A stretch of 64,000 bases of DNA from assembly GCA_016213925.1 (NCBI GenBank), contig JACQZH010000041.1:73352-137351 (forward strand). Direction: 5' to 3'. The notes beneath the pieces were generated by a model. The model worked only from the letters and a program-made list of their open reading frames with translations. It made no database searches and had not been told where the DNA came from. The stretch is from Candidatus Omnitrophota bacterium. Lineage in GTDB: Bacteria; Omnitrophota; Gorgyraeia; B26-G9. The position numbers were made by a program, and so were the translations under genes. Below, one piece after another: positions 28,830-39,007 of the stretch; position 1 is the first letter of the stretch; every line of letters starts with the position of its first letter.

Positions 28830-29831
28830 ATGACAATTTCTTATAAAATTGCTACTGCTTTGCAGTTTGCGAAAGCGAAATTATTGAAGCGGAAAATTCC
28901 TTTGATTGTCAGCTGGGCGATTACTTATCGGTGTAATCAGGCCTGCCTATATTGCCAATGGCCAAAAGTTAATTCCTTGGAAGTTTCTACGAAAGAAGCA
29001 TGCTTAATTATTGATAAGCTTGGTTTCTTGGGAACAAAAAGGATTAATTTTACCGGAGGAGAACCGCTTTTACGGAAAGATATTTCGGAATTGGTAGATT
29101 ACATAAAAAACCGCAAGATGTTTGTGTGTATAAACTCTAATGGGGTTTTAATCCCAACTAAAATTACCCGCTTAAAACGGCTTGATCTGCTTAATTTGAG
29201 TTTGGAAGGTCCTGTAGAAATTCATGACTGTATTAGAGGTGCCGGAGGATATGCTGCGGTTATGGCGGCGGCAGAATCAGCGCGCTTAGCTGGTGTGAAC
29301 GTAAAACTTACAGCAACAATAAACAATTTAAATGCTTGTGTCCTAGAGTATATCATAAAAATAGCCTGGAAATTGAACCTGGAAGTTACTTTTCAAGTGG
29401 TGGATGATTATAAACTCGGTTGTTTGTCGGAAAACCCGCTTAAGTTAAAATCAGGAGAATTGCAAAAAGCACTTAGCTTAATTATCGCGTACAAGAAACA
29501 ATCTAAGTATAAGGCGGTCATCGGTAATTCTTTGGCGTTACTGGAATATCTTTTGCAGTGGCCTAATCTGGTACCGCTTAAATGTGCGTCCGGAAATATT
29601 GTTTTCCGGATTACCCCTGACGCAAAACTTTTTACCTGTGCTGCGGCTACATTTAAGGAGTTGGCGGTTAGTAATAATTGGATTGATCTTAAAGATAATA
29701 ATGTTAAGGAGATAAAAGCAGTACTTAAGGGTTTTGATTTTTTAAATATTAAATGTGTTTGTTCCTGCAGCAACAGATTGGCAGTTAGTTTGCTCTGGGA
29801 CATGAGTTTGCGGCTAAAAAAAAAGTTTTGA
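28830..29831 (+). CDS. Radical SAM (twitch/SPASM) protein
   Basis: CNQACLYC, FTGGEPLLR, NSNG, C-terminal cysteines. Confidence 0.92.
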   Translation: MTISYKIATALQFAKAKLLKRKIPLIVSWAITYRCNQACLYCQWPKVNSLEVSTKEACLIIDKLGFLGTKRINFTGGEPLLRKDISELVDYIKNRKMFVCINSNGVLIPTKITRLKRLDLLNLSLEGPVEIHDCIRGAGGYAAVMAAAESARLAGVNVKLTATINNLNACVLEYIIKIAWKLNLEVTFQVVDDYKLGCLSENPLKLKSGELQKALSLIIAYKKQSKYKAVIGNSLALLEYLLQWPNLVPLKCASGNIVFRITPDAKLFTCAAATFKELAVSNNWIDLKDNNVKEIKAVLKGFDFLNIKCVCSCSNRLAVSLLWDMSLRLKKKF

Positions 29832-29847
29832 AAATATACGAGGTCGG

Positions 29848-31434
29848 ATGGGAATAAAAAAAATCGACAAACAGGTATGGCTTTTAGCGGTTATCCTTTT
29901 GGGGCTGCTAGTACGGCTTTTTAATCTAGGATCCCAAAGTCTATGGATTACAGAAGCAAGGATTGTATGTTTCTCCCAAAAACCAATTAATGAACTTTTT
30001 GATTTTAGCGGCGCATATAGACCGTTGTATTTGATTCTGGCAAAACTCTGGATAACCTTGTTTGGGACAAGCGAGGTATCAGTGCGTTTTTTACCGGTGA
30101 TTTTCGGGGTAATATCTTTATTTTTTATTTATAAAACAGGGGAGCTATTGTTTAATAAGCGAACCGGATTGTTGAGTGCTTTTATTCTTTCTCTTTCACC
30201 GTTTCATGTATATTTTTCTCGGCAAGGCAAAGGAGTTTATTCTTTGCTTGTTTTGTTGACATTGCTTTCTTTTTTGACCATGCTTAAAATTATACGGGAA
30301 AATAAGTGGAAATATTATATTATGAATATATTATTACATATATTGATATTGCTGACTCATCCCTTGAGTTTATTTTGGCTTTTTACACAGAATGCGTGCT
30401 ATTTTTTTTCCGGTAGCGCCAAGAATACAAGGCGTTGGTTGGTATCAATGTTAATCATAGTATTTATTTTAATCCCGTGGTATTTTTTTATTATTGCTTA
30501 TAAACCAGATCGGTATGCAGCTAATTTTTTTAGGCCTGGTCTGGATATTTTTCCGCAAATTATCGAAATTTTCAGCTGCGGAGGGTCAAGGATTACAGGA
30601 GCTGGAGAAGGGTATTATGTTTCTTTTGCTAATATGATTTCCCCCTGGATACTGACCGGAGTTTATGTTTTTATATTTTTATCTGCAGTATTCATCAAGA
30701 GCGGACAAGTGCCATCCCAAAATGATCAGCAAAAAACTAAAGGTATAGTAAGATATAAACTTGTACTTATGATTTGGTTACTATTACCTTTAATTCTGAT
30801 ATATTTATATTCAATAATTGTCCGGCCGGTTTATTGGCCGCGTTATGTAATTTATTCTGCGCCGGCTTATTATTTGCTTTTAGGGTATTTTATATCCAAA
30901 CAGAGCATCAAACAACGGACAATTATCTTGAGTTTGATCGTGATTTTATCGGTATTTTCATTAAGGAATATTTATGTGCCGGGTAGAACTGGAGACTACA
31001 GGCAGGCGATTAATTTTTTGAAAGAGAATTTAGGTGATAACGACACTTTTATAATTTCGCCTGGAGAAATGATGGAAGTGTTATGGTACTATCTGGAGTA
31101 TGATCACCACAAGATTTTAGGTTGTATTGATGATCAGCGTGGAATGAAAATCAATGATAATTGGGAAAACGACTTTGAATATAATGGGCATAGGGTCATA
31201 AGTTTGCGCTTTGACCAGATATCGCAGTTTTCCGAACAATTCAATTTTGAAAGGTTTAATCTAGGAGAAAATAAGATTTGGTTTTTTTATAGTCCGTGGT
31301 GGGCGCTTAACTCTAATTCTAAATTTCTGGATAACTTTTTAAACAAAAAATATTATTTAAAGTTTGAAAAACTTTTTGCGCACGATGGGTTTTATATAAA
31401 ATGCTTTGTACCGCGCAATAAAAATACAGAATAG
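29848..31434 (+). CDS. GT-C membrane glycosyltransferase (ArnT/PMT_2-like)
   Basis: RLFNLGSQSLWITE, PLY, FGTSEVSVR, LSPFHVYFSRQ, PRY. Confidence 0.88.
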   Translation: MGIKKIDKQVWLLAVILLGLLVRLFNLGSQSLWITEARIVCFSQKPINELFDFSGAYRPLYLILAKLWITLFGTSEVSVRFLPVIFGVISLFFIYKTGELLFNKRTGLLSAFILSLSPFHVYFSRQGKGVYSLLVLLTLLSFLTMLKIIRENKWKYYIMNILLHILILLTHPLSLFWLFTQNACYFFSGSAKNTRRWLVSMLIIVFILIPWYFFIIAYKPDRYAANFFRPGLDIFPQIIEIFSCGGSRITGAGEGYYVSFANMISPWILTGVYVFIFLSAVFIKSGQVPSQNDQQKTKGIVRYKLVLMIWLLLPLILIYLYSIIVRPVYWPRYVIYSAPAYYLLLGYFISKQSIKQRTIILSLIVILSVFSLRNIYVPGRTGDYRQAINFLKENLGDNDTFIISPGEMMEVLWYYLEYDHHKILGCIDDQRGMKINDNWENDFEYNGHRVISLRFDQISQFSEQFNFERFNLGENKIWFFYSPWWALNSNSKFLDNFLNKKYYLKFEKLFAHDGFYIKCFVPRNKNTE

Positions 31435-31452
31435 CATAAATAGGTAAAATAA

Positions 31453-33357
31453 ATGTCAGGGATTTGCGGCCAATATTTTTTTCAGTCAGGTAAGCGGGTA
31501 AGCAAGGAGTTAATCGCAAAAATGAGTGCACGCTTGTATGGCTGTGCACTTGATGAAGCTAGGGGGTGGGTTCAAGATAATATCGGGTTAGGCATTGAAA
31601 TGTGGCATATCAAAGATTATGAGAACGCTCGTCAGCCGTTTTGTAATGAGGACGGAAGTATTTTTGTGTCTTTTAACGGAAAAATATATAACTATTATGA
31701 AATTAAAGCATTTCTAATTAAAAAAGGACACACCCTGATTAATCATTGCGATGCGGAAATTATCAGCCATATGTATGAAGAATTCGGTTTGGAATTTGCG
31801 GAACGCATAAACGGGATGTTTACCATTGCCCTCTTTGATAAAAAAAAGAGTTTTTTTTTATTGGTACGGGACAGGCTTGGCATTAAACCTCTTTATTACA
31901 GCATGGGTGAAGGTGGGATAACATTTTCCTCTACGCTTCGTTCACTTTTGCAAGCGAAGCATGTTCCGGATGCTTTAGATGAAATGGGAATTAATTTTTA
32001 TTTTACGTTTAATTATTTCCCTTGCGAGTATACTCCGTTTAAAAAAATAAATAAACTTTTGCCTGGGCATTATTTGATTGCCGAAGAGGAAAAGATAGAA
32101 ATTAGAAGCTATTGGCAGTTTAATTTTCAGCGGCAAAAGCATAGAAGCGAACATGATTATATCGATGAATTTAAATCGATATTTAATGATGCCGTAACTA
32201 GGCAATCTGTACCAGATGCACCGGTAGGAATTTTCCTAAGCGGAGGAATTGATTCTGCTGGACTGGCGTATTATGCGAATATAGGCAATCCTAGTCTCAA
32301 GACTTTTAGTGTTGGATTCCGAGAGAAAACTTTTGATGAGCGTCCGTATTCCCGCTATTTGAAACGCTTTCTTAAAACACAGCATTATGAAATGGAATTG
32401 CCGGAAGATCTAGGTTCATTAATGAACGTGATTTCTACTTCTCTTGATATGCCTGTGGGAGAGGGCTCTTATGTCCCGCTTTTTGTATTATCGGACTTTG
32501 CTAAAAGGCATGTAGGGGTAGTTCTTTCTGGGGAAGGTGCAGACGCATTATTTGGCGGATGCCAGACGTATATCGCCGATATCGCGGCAAAGTATTGTTT
32601 TTGGCTCCCCTGCTTGATTAGAATACATTTATCAAAAATATTGTTGCATATGCTGCCAAGACAAGAGACATGGATGAATATTCGTTTTATGCTGGAATTG
32701 TTTTTAAAAGGGATAAAAGACAAGCGGTTTATTCCGCATTATTTTTGGAGAGAAATATTTACGGAAGAAGAAAAAGAATTATTATATGCTCCTGATTTTC
32801 TTAAGATAAATAATAAAAATCAATTTATGGGGCAGGCATATTCATTGTTTGAAAAAAACTTTTTTGCGGCAAAGTCAGACAATTTTTTGGAACAGGCACT
32901 ATTTTTCGATACTGCCGTTTGCTTGCCGGATGGGATGCTGCAGCGGGTTGATATGGCAAGTATGCATAGTTCTTTAGAAGTAAGAGTTCCTTTTTTAGAT
33001 AACAACCTAGTTGATTTTGCCTCAGGCCTGCCGTTGCATCAGAAGATAAGGTTTCTGGAAGGAAAGCACCTAATGCATAAGGCACTCAAGGGGGTTTTAC
33101 CAGAAAAAATAATATCTCGGAGCAAACATGGTATGAGTGCCCCAGTGAGCAAATGGCTTCGGTCAGACCTAAAAGTATTCGCACATGAAAGATTCCGGTA
33201 TGCCGCTAAAGATCTAGAAAAGATTATAAACAGGGAATATCTTCTAAAGCTTTTTAACCGGCATTGCGAAGGCAAATTCGATTATGGAAGAAAACTTTGG
33301 AATATGTTAATTTTTTTTCTTTGGGCGGATGATATCAAGAGGGAAAACGTTGAATGA
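31453..33357 (+). CDS. asnB: Asparagine synthase-like amidotransferase/amide ligase with a degenerate glutaminase domain
   Basis: QPF.NEDG, FNGKIYN, RDRLGIKPLY, LSGGIDS, LSGEGADALFGG, EVRVPFLD. The N-terminus is MSGICG instead of MCGICG. Confidence 0.9.
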   Translation: MSGICGQYFFQSGKRVSKELIAKMSARLYGCALDEARGWVQDNIGLGIEMWHIKDYENARQPFCNEDGSIFVSFNGKIYNYYEIKAFLIKKGHTLINHCDAEIISHMYEEFGLEFAERINGMFTIALFDKKKSFFLLVRDRLGIKPLYYSMGEGGITFSSTLRSLLQAKHVPDALDEMGINFYFTFNYFPCEYTPFKKINKLLPGHYLIAEEEKIEIRSYWQFNFQRQKHRSEHDYIDEFKSIFNDAVTRQSVPDAPVGIFLSGGIDSAGLAYYANIGNPSLKTFSVGFREKTFDERPYSRYLKRFLKTQHYEMELPEDLGSLMNVISTSLDMPVGEGSYVPLFVLSDFAKRHVGVVLSGEGADALFGGCQTYIADIAAKYCFWLPCLIRIHLSKILLHMLPRQETWMNIRFMLELFLKGIKDKRFIPHYFWREIFTEEEKELLYAPDFLKINNKNQFMGQAYSLFEKNFFAAKSDNFLEQALFFDTAVCLPDGMLQRVDMASMHSSLEVRVPFLDNNLVDFASGLPLHQKIRFLEGKHLMHKALKGVLPEKIISRSKHGMSAPVSKWLRSDLKVFAHERFRYAAKDLEKIINREYLLKLFNRHCEGKFDYGRKLWNMLIFFLWADDIKRENVE

Positions 33358-33586
33358 AATCGCGATTATGCAGCCTGGCTACCTGCCATGACTGGGATTT
33401 TTAAAGCTTATGAGCAAGTCGGATTTATTGGTATTCCTTGATGATGAAGGAATACCAATAGAATTTCATGATTATAAACATCCGGAATATATGCAGGTTT
33501 ATAAGCCGTTTATTCCGTATGTGTCAGCTTTAGATTTGTGGTTTAATTGTGGTAAAGATAGTTTGAGGATTATTAATGGAGAATAG
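33354..33586 (+). pseudogene. wbqC: WbqC-like pseudogene (frameshift at the start, nonsense codon, large internal deletion)
   Basis: Manual translation: IAIMQPGYLP*LGFLKLMSKSDLLVFLDD|EGIPIEFHDYKHPEYMQVYKPFIPYVSALDLWFNCGKDSLRIING. These are the WbqC N- and C-terminal motifs joined directly. Confidence 0.85.
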
Positions 33587-33595
33587 AATGATGTT

Positions 33596-34606
33596 ATGAA
33601 TGTAAAACAGGTACAAATGTTTGCCCGGTTTATGATGGCTAGGATTACAAAAAAGAGTATTCCGTTATTTATCAGCTGGGCGTTGACTAATCGCTGTAAT
33701 TGCCGATGTTATTATTGCTGGGGATTGGAAAGGGAAGAAGCGGAACTGGGAACGGAGCAGATATTTGCGTTTATCGATGCTTTAAAAGACTTAGGGACAA
33801 TGCGAATCCATTTTACAGGAGGAGAACCTTTGCTTCGGGATGATTTTAGCCGCATTGTCGCACATGCAAATTTCAGAGGGGTTTCCGTTGGTCTTGCGAC
33901 TAACGGTATCTTGTTGCCGCAAAAATTAGATTTGCTTAAAAAAAATATTGATCGAGTAGCCATAAGTTTTGATGGCCCAAAAGAGGTTCATGAAAGAGTA
34001 AAAGGTAAGGGTGCGTACGCTAATGTTTTAGCAGCTTTAGAAAAGCTCAAGGATACGGATATTGAGGTGATATTGATGATGACGTTACATAGAGATAATA
34101 CAACTATTTCCTGCGTGAAATATGCTTTAGAGACAGCGCATAAATATAGTGCCAGAATAGTATTTCAGCCTGCGGTTGATTATGAGCATTTAGATGAAGG
34201 CTCGGCTTTTTTTTCACCGGCAACGGCTGATTATCAGCAGGTAATGGACTATATTATCAAAAGAAAAGTATCGGATAAAGGAAATATTATATTCAACAGC
34301 CCGAAAGTATTGTATTTTTTGAAAAGTTGGCCACAAGGGGAAATGATAAAGGACTGTCCTTGCGGTAAAATATATTGGAGAATAAGGGCAGATGGTTTAA
34401 TTTGTCCCTGTGGATGGAGAAGAGCAGATATAATAGAACGGAAAAATACAAATGAGCCGATTTTAAAGGATGAATTTCAGGAGTTAAAGAAACTAAATAG
34501 TAGGAGTTGTCATAAGTGTTGGTGTGCGCCGAGACTAGAATTGACATATATCTGGAATCTTGACCTACGGACTATTATTAATGCTTGTTGTGGTAGTAAA
34601 CGATAA
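33596..34606 (+). CDS. Radical SAM (twitch/SPASM) protein, paralog of 28830
   Basis: IPLFISWALTNRCNCRCYYC, FTGGEPLLR, CPCG...CPC...CHKCWC. Confidence 0.92.
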   Translation: MNVKQVQMFARFMMARITKKSIPLFISWALTNRCNCRCYYCWGLEREEAELGTEQIFAFIDALKDLGTMRIHFTGGEPLLRDDFSRIVAHANFRGVSVGLATNGILLPQKLDLLKKNIDRVAISFDGPKEVHERVKGKGAYANVLAALEKLKDTDIEVILMMTLHRDNTTISCVKYALETAHKYSARIVFQPAVDYEHLDEGSAFFSPATADYQQVMDYIIKRKVSDKGNIIFNSPKVLYFLKSWPQGEMIKDCPCGKIYWRIRADGLICPCGWRRADIIERKNTNEPILKDEFQELKKLNSRSCHKCWCAPRLELTYIWNLDLRTIINACCGSKR

Positions 34607-34649
34607 ATTTTCATGCTTCAATTATTGTAATTATGGGATATAAAGAGTA

Positions 34650-35519
34650 ATGTGGGACAAATTAATCACTAATTTTTTTATAAAGTTGTTTACTTTTTTA
34701 ATCTATCTTTTGTGTATTTTTTCAACGGATGTATTTGCTGTTGAAGAAGGTTGTTTTAAGCTTTGTCCGTGGAAGGTTGGACAATTTGTTGAATATCAGA
34801 TAATTAGTTTCGAGAATGTGGGAAAGGAACATAGATATTTAATCTCCATAATAGGTAAGGAGAATATTGATGATAGGGATTATTTTTGGATCAGGCTTGA
34901 TATTTATGAACAGGAAAGACAGATTTCCTTTGAAGCGCTGGTTGAGCCTTTTAATGAGGTCTATTTTTCTGAAGAGCCTGAAATCTATATATCGAAAGGC
35001 ATAATGTTTTTGTTTAAAAATGCACATAGGTTTTTTATCGAGTTGCCGGACAATTCTCGTTATGGGATTCATCTCCGTGATATTTCTAATCCGCCGGATA
35101 TCCTAAACGGTACATTTTATAAGGAAGTTCCTGATGAAAAAAATCGAGTGGACTATTCAAAGCTTAATTTTACGCAAGAAAAAGATAAAGTTTCCGTTCC
35201 GGCGGGGAAGTTTGATTGTTACCGTTTTTGGGTTGATACCAAGGAAGACGATGATTATACGGATGAAGGATTTATAATGTGGAGAAGTCCTGATGTCCCA
35301 TTTTTGGGGGTGGTAAAAATGGAATTTTCTATAACTGAATTTAGCAAAAAGCTTAACTACAGATATCGCAGACAAATAGCGCATGGAAACTGGTTCGTAC
35401 GCCTATATGCATGGTTTTTAGTAAGAACAGTTCCAGAGCAAGAGCGAAAGGATAATTGTGCAGTTAAACTTTTGTCATATGGGTATAAAGAAAACATTAG
35501 CAGGGAGGATCTTTTTTGA
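34650..35519 (+). CDS. Secreted hypothetical protein (DUF3108-like VPAGxF motif)
   Basis: Signal peptide ending VFA; PWKVGQFVEY, VSVPAGKFDCY, WRSPDVPFLGVVK. Confidence 0.7.
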   Translation: MWDKLITNFFIKLFTFLIYLLCIFSTDVFAVEEGCFKLCPWKVGQFVEYQIISFENVGKEHRYLISIIGKENIDDRDYFWIRLDIYEQERQISFEALVEPFNEVYFSEEPEIYISKGIMFLFKNAHRFFIELPDNSRYGIHLRDISNPPDILNGTFYKEVPDEKNRVDYSKLNFTQEKDKVSVPAGKFDCYRFWVDTKEDDDYTDEGFIMWRSPDVPFLGVVKMEFSITEFSKKLNYRYRRQIAHGNWFVRLYAWFLVRTVPEQERKDNCAVKLLSYGYKENISREDLF

Positions 35520-37327
35520 TAAATAATTTTAAAACAAAAAAGAATGATTTATTCGCAGTGCTTACCGTGATTAGCGCTGTTTTTTTGTATACTTTACCGT
35601 TATTGTTGCGTTTAGGTAAGGCAGCGACATTAACCCATAAAAATTGTATTACTGCCTGGTATCGCGCTTATTTTTTTGGACTTTATCCTTATGTTAGTAT
35701 GTTTTTAGAACGGCAATTCCCTTTATGGTGTCCTTTTCGCGAAGGAGGATTTCCTTGGATTGTATTTCCAGTAGAATTATCATGCAATTTATTCTCATTG
35801 TTTATGCTGCCGATGGGAGTAGTGCGCGGCCTTAATTTTGGCTGGTATATTCTATATTTTGTTGGTGCTCTATCGATGTTTTATTTAACAAGAAAAGTTT
35901 TAAAATATAATGTTTATGGAGCTACTTATTCTTCTATCGTTTTTTCAATGTGCGGATTTTTTTCTTTTATGCAGACGTTGAGGCTTAATACCAGAGAAAC
36001 ACTGTTATTGCCGCTTTTGGTTGTATTTTTGTTAAAGTCAAAACAAGATAATAGATTTATCATATTTACATCTCTAGTATTAAGCTTATTCGTAAATTCC
36101 TTATTTTTTTTCCCGGTAGTTGTTTTGTTCCTCTTTCTGGTTGCTGTTTTAAATACATTTAAGAAAGATAATTTTTTGTTAATTATAGAAAAAAGATATC
36201 TGGTCATATTTACGGTCAGTTTAATAGTAGCCCTATTTTTATCGGCATACAAATTACTGCCTATAATGGAACTCTTAAAAGTAGATAGAAGAGTTTATGA
36301 GTTAGCATACAATAAGGCTATTGTAGGAGCAAATACGTTTTCTTTGCTGGCTAGGCATATGTTTATTCCAGAAAATTCAAATGTCGGGACAATGTATCTA
36401 GGATTTTTACCGGTATTGTTGTGTCTATTTTCTGTTATATTGTACTTCAAACATGTAAAAAAATGGTTCATTATTCTAGTTATTTTTATTATTATTACTT
36501 TTGGGCCGAACTCTTTTTTTGACTTGAATTATTTGCTTTGGCATTTACCGATTTTAAAATCAATCCGCGAAATTTCAAAATACTATTCGCTTATAACAGT
36601 ATTTCTTATAAGCTTGATTTGTGGTAGATTTTTCCCTGTTATCTCAAGGTTGAAAAAAGGAAAGTCCCGGAGCGTTTTGCCAGTGATTATAATCCTCATT
36701 ACGTTTATCGATCTTTTGTCATCCAATATCGGGTATTTTAATATTTATAATACTGATCTAATATTGCGAAAACCTAGAAATTATGTTGCTCATGTTAAAG
36801 CAATTAATGTGCATAAAGGGGACGAAGGCGGGATCGAACCATTACGTCTTTCATTATACTTAAATGGTTTTGGTTTGATCAATGCGCAGTATCATAACAG
36901 CATAAAATATTTTAAGGACACCTTTGTTACTCCTAAATATTTTGTTATGCCAGAGTATGTGTTTATTGCGCCCAGCACAAAAGTATTTGTGCTTTTAAAT
37001 CCAGCTTACAGAGCGGAGGCTTACTTTTTTAATGAGAAAAACCGGGTGGATTATTTTTCGATTACACCCGGATCTATTGATATAAAAGCAAATATTTCCG
37101 AGCCGGACACGATAATTATAAATCAAAAATATTCAAAAGGCTGGAAATCAGAATATGGGGAAACGTTCAATTCCAACGGACTTTTGGCAGTGAAAATGGC
37201 AAAAATAGGAGAGCAGAGCATTCGTTTGAAATATATACCGGGATTCTTTTATAGGGGGATAGTGATCTCCGTGTTAACATTATTGGCTATTTGCTGCGCA
37301 TTTTTTTATCTGGTAAAGAGGATTTGA
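35516..37327 (+). CDS. YfhO-like GT-C membrane protein
   Basis: FPLWCPFREGGFP, YLG, LPILKSIR, NQKYSKGW, C-terminal TM helix. Confidence 0.8.
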   Translation: MINNFKTKKNDLFAVLTVISAVFLYTLPLLLRLGKAATLTHKNCITAWYRAYFFGLYPYVSMFLERQFPLWCPFREGGFPWIVFPVELSCNLFSLFMLPMGVVRGLNFGWYILYFVGALSMFYLTRKVLKYNVYGATYSSIVFSMCGFFSFMQTLRLNTRETLLLPLLVVFLLKSKQDNRFIIFTSLVLSLFVNSLFFFPVVVLFLFLVAVLNTFKKDNFLLIIEKRYLVIFTVSLIVALFLSAYKLLPIMELLKVDRRVYELAYNKAIVGANTFSLLARHMFIPENSNVGTMYLGFLPVLLCLFSVILYFKHVKKWFIILVIFIIITFGPNSFFDLNYLLWHLPILKSIREISKYYSLITVFLISLICGRFFPVISRLKKGKSRSVLPVIIILITFIDLLSSNIGYFNIYNTDLILRKPRNYVAHVKAINVHKGDEGGIEPLRLSLYLNGFGLINAQYHNSIKYFKDTFVTPKYFVMPEYVFIAPSTKVFVLLNPAYRAEAYFFNEKNRVDYFSITPGSIDIKANISEPDTIIINQKYSKGWKSEYGETFNSNGLLAVKMAKIGEQSIRLKYIPGFFYRGIVISVLTLLAICCAFFYLVKRI

Positions 37328-37417
37328 TATTTAATAATAATTTTCCGGAAAAGGGTTGTAGATTTATAAATTTTCTCTGTTAGGAAAATTATAAATTAGT
37401 AGAATAAGGGCATAAGC

Positions 37418-39007
37418 ATGGACTTTTTAACTTCGGGTAATTGGAAGAAAAACAAGAGGATATATTTTTTATTATTATGGTGTTGTATAATTGTAGGGTT
37501 CATTCTTAGTGTGCTGTTATTAACGAAAGATTATTTTATTTATAATGATGGAGCCTGTTATGCTATTTCGGGAAAGAACTTATTTAGTGGGAATGGGTAT
37601 GAATGTTTTGGCAAGCCGCAACTATGGTTTCCGCCGTTATACCCGATACTTATTGGGGTGGCTGATTTAATAGTAAAGGACTTAGAGTTTGCGGTTCATT
37701 TGGTGTCGATTATGGCATTTTTAATATCGATACCTTTATTTTTTATGGCAGCGGAATTGATGTTTAATGCTCGGGTTGCATGTTTTGCAAGTGTAATTTT
37801 TGTTGTCAATAAGTTGATGTTAGAAATTTCTTATAGTGGGTTTCCCCATGCGCTAGATGTTTTGCTTGCAATTATAATTATTTATTATGGAGTGCATATA
37901 CTCAAAAATACTATTTTAGATATTAAAAAATTTTTTATTCTTGGCTGTTTGTTTGGCTTTTCGATGCTGAACCGAGCAGAAAATATTATCACGTTTTTTT
38001 CTGTGTCCATGGTGCTTGCTATATATAAAAAAGGATGGCAGTTTAAGAGGCTGAAATATTTTATGATAACGTTACTTGTTGCGGCATCGATAATAGCACC
38101 ATATGTAAAGTTTTTACATGTTTATACGGGTAAGTGGACTCTTACTACTAAGTTAATAAATTTAAAGTATTATGAGTATGTGACATCAAATGATGACTTG
38201 GCGCGGGAAAAGAATTCAATGGCAAATTATCATTTCTTGAACATAGGCAAGGGGGATTTTGATATTCTTGAATATGTAAGAAAGAATAAAACAGCGTTAA
38301 TTAAAAGATATGTCCAGGGGGTGATAAAATTGATTAGCCAATTAAATAATATTTTATATGGTTCTGTGTTTGTATGGCTAATTGTATTACTTAGCTTATT
38401 TGGTAAAAATAGAATTGAAAATAGAATAAAAGCTTTGCTTTTTTCAATGCTTGCGATATTTTTAATAATACCTTTTGGTAATGTCCTTAGCAGATATTTT
38501 GCTGCCGGATTGCCAGTATTTTTTTTATTTATGGCTAAAGGGTTGGATAATATGTTTAAAGTTCGGATACGGCTTTTTAGTAGCAAAGCAAATGCTTTAC
38601 TGCGCATTATGATAATAATTGTATTCTTGCTGCCAATGTTTATGGGGGCTTCTGATGTTATGCTAAAAAATAAGGATATACCGATAGAACATAAAAGACT
38701 GGGCATTTGGATGAAGAATAACATACCAGACATATTTGGAAAAAAAATAATAGCTCAGAAAATTTGGAGCACTTTTTATGCAGGAGCTCAATTTTCAGGC
38801 AAAGTGCCTTACCTTGATGATATTGATGAAATTATGCAATTTCTAAAGGAAAGCGAGGCGGATTTTTTAATAGTCGATGAAAGAAGCGTAAAAAAACAGT
38901 TGCATGTACTTGAGCCGCTACTGGATAATGGCGGATATGTTAGTTTAAGCATGATCCATAGTATTAAGAATCCGAAGAGGATTGTACTGTATGAAATCAA
39001 CAGATGA
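37418..39007 (+). CDS. GT-C membrane glycosyltransferase (PMT_2-like)
   Basis: DGACY, FPPLYPILI, LNRAE, RY; polytopic. Confidence 0.87.
   Translation: MDFLTSGNWKKNKRIYFLLLWCCIIVGFILSVLLLTKDYFIYNDGACYAISGKNLFSGNGYECFGKPQLWFPPLYPILIGVADLIVKDLEFAVHLVSIMAFLISIPLFFMAAELMFNARVACFASVIFVVNKLMLEISYSGFPHALDVLLAIIIIYYGVHILKNTILDIKKFFILGCLFGFSMLNRAENIITFFSVSMVLAIYKKGWQFKRLKYFMITLLVAASIIAPYVKFLHVYTGKWTLTTKLINLKYYEYVTSNDDLAREKNSMANYHFLNIGKGDFDILEYVRKNKTALIKRYVQGVIKLISQLNNILYGSVFVWLIVLLSLFGKNRIENRIKALLFSMLAIFLIIPFGNVLSRYFAAGLPVFFLFMAKGLDNMFKVRIRLFSSKANALLRIMIIIVFLLPMFMGASDVMLKNKDIPIEHKRLGIWMKNNIPDIFGKKIIAQKIWSTFYAGAQFSGKVPYLDDIDEIMQFLKESEADFLIVDERSVKKQLHVLEPLLDNGGYVSLSMIHSIKNPKRIVLYEINR

Noticed and set aside
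33389-33391. TGA at a conserved Trp position suggesting genetic code 4 or 25
   Set aside because: TGA terminates many intact genes here, Trp is TGG elsewhere, and the gene has other lesions.
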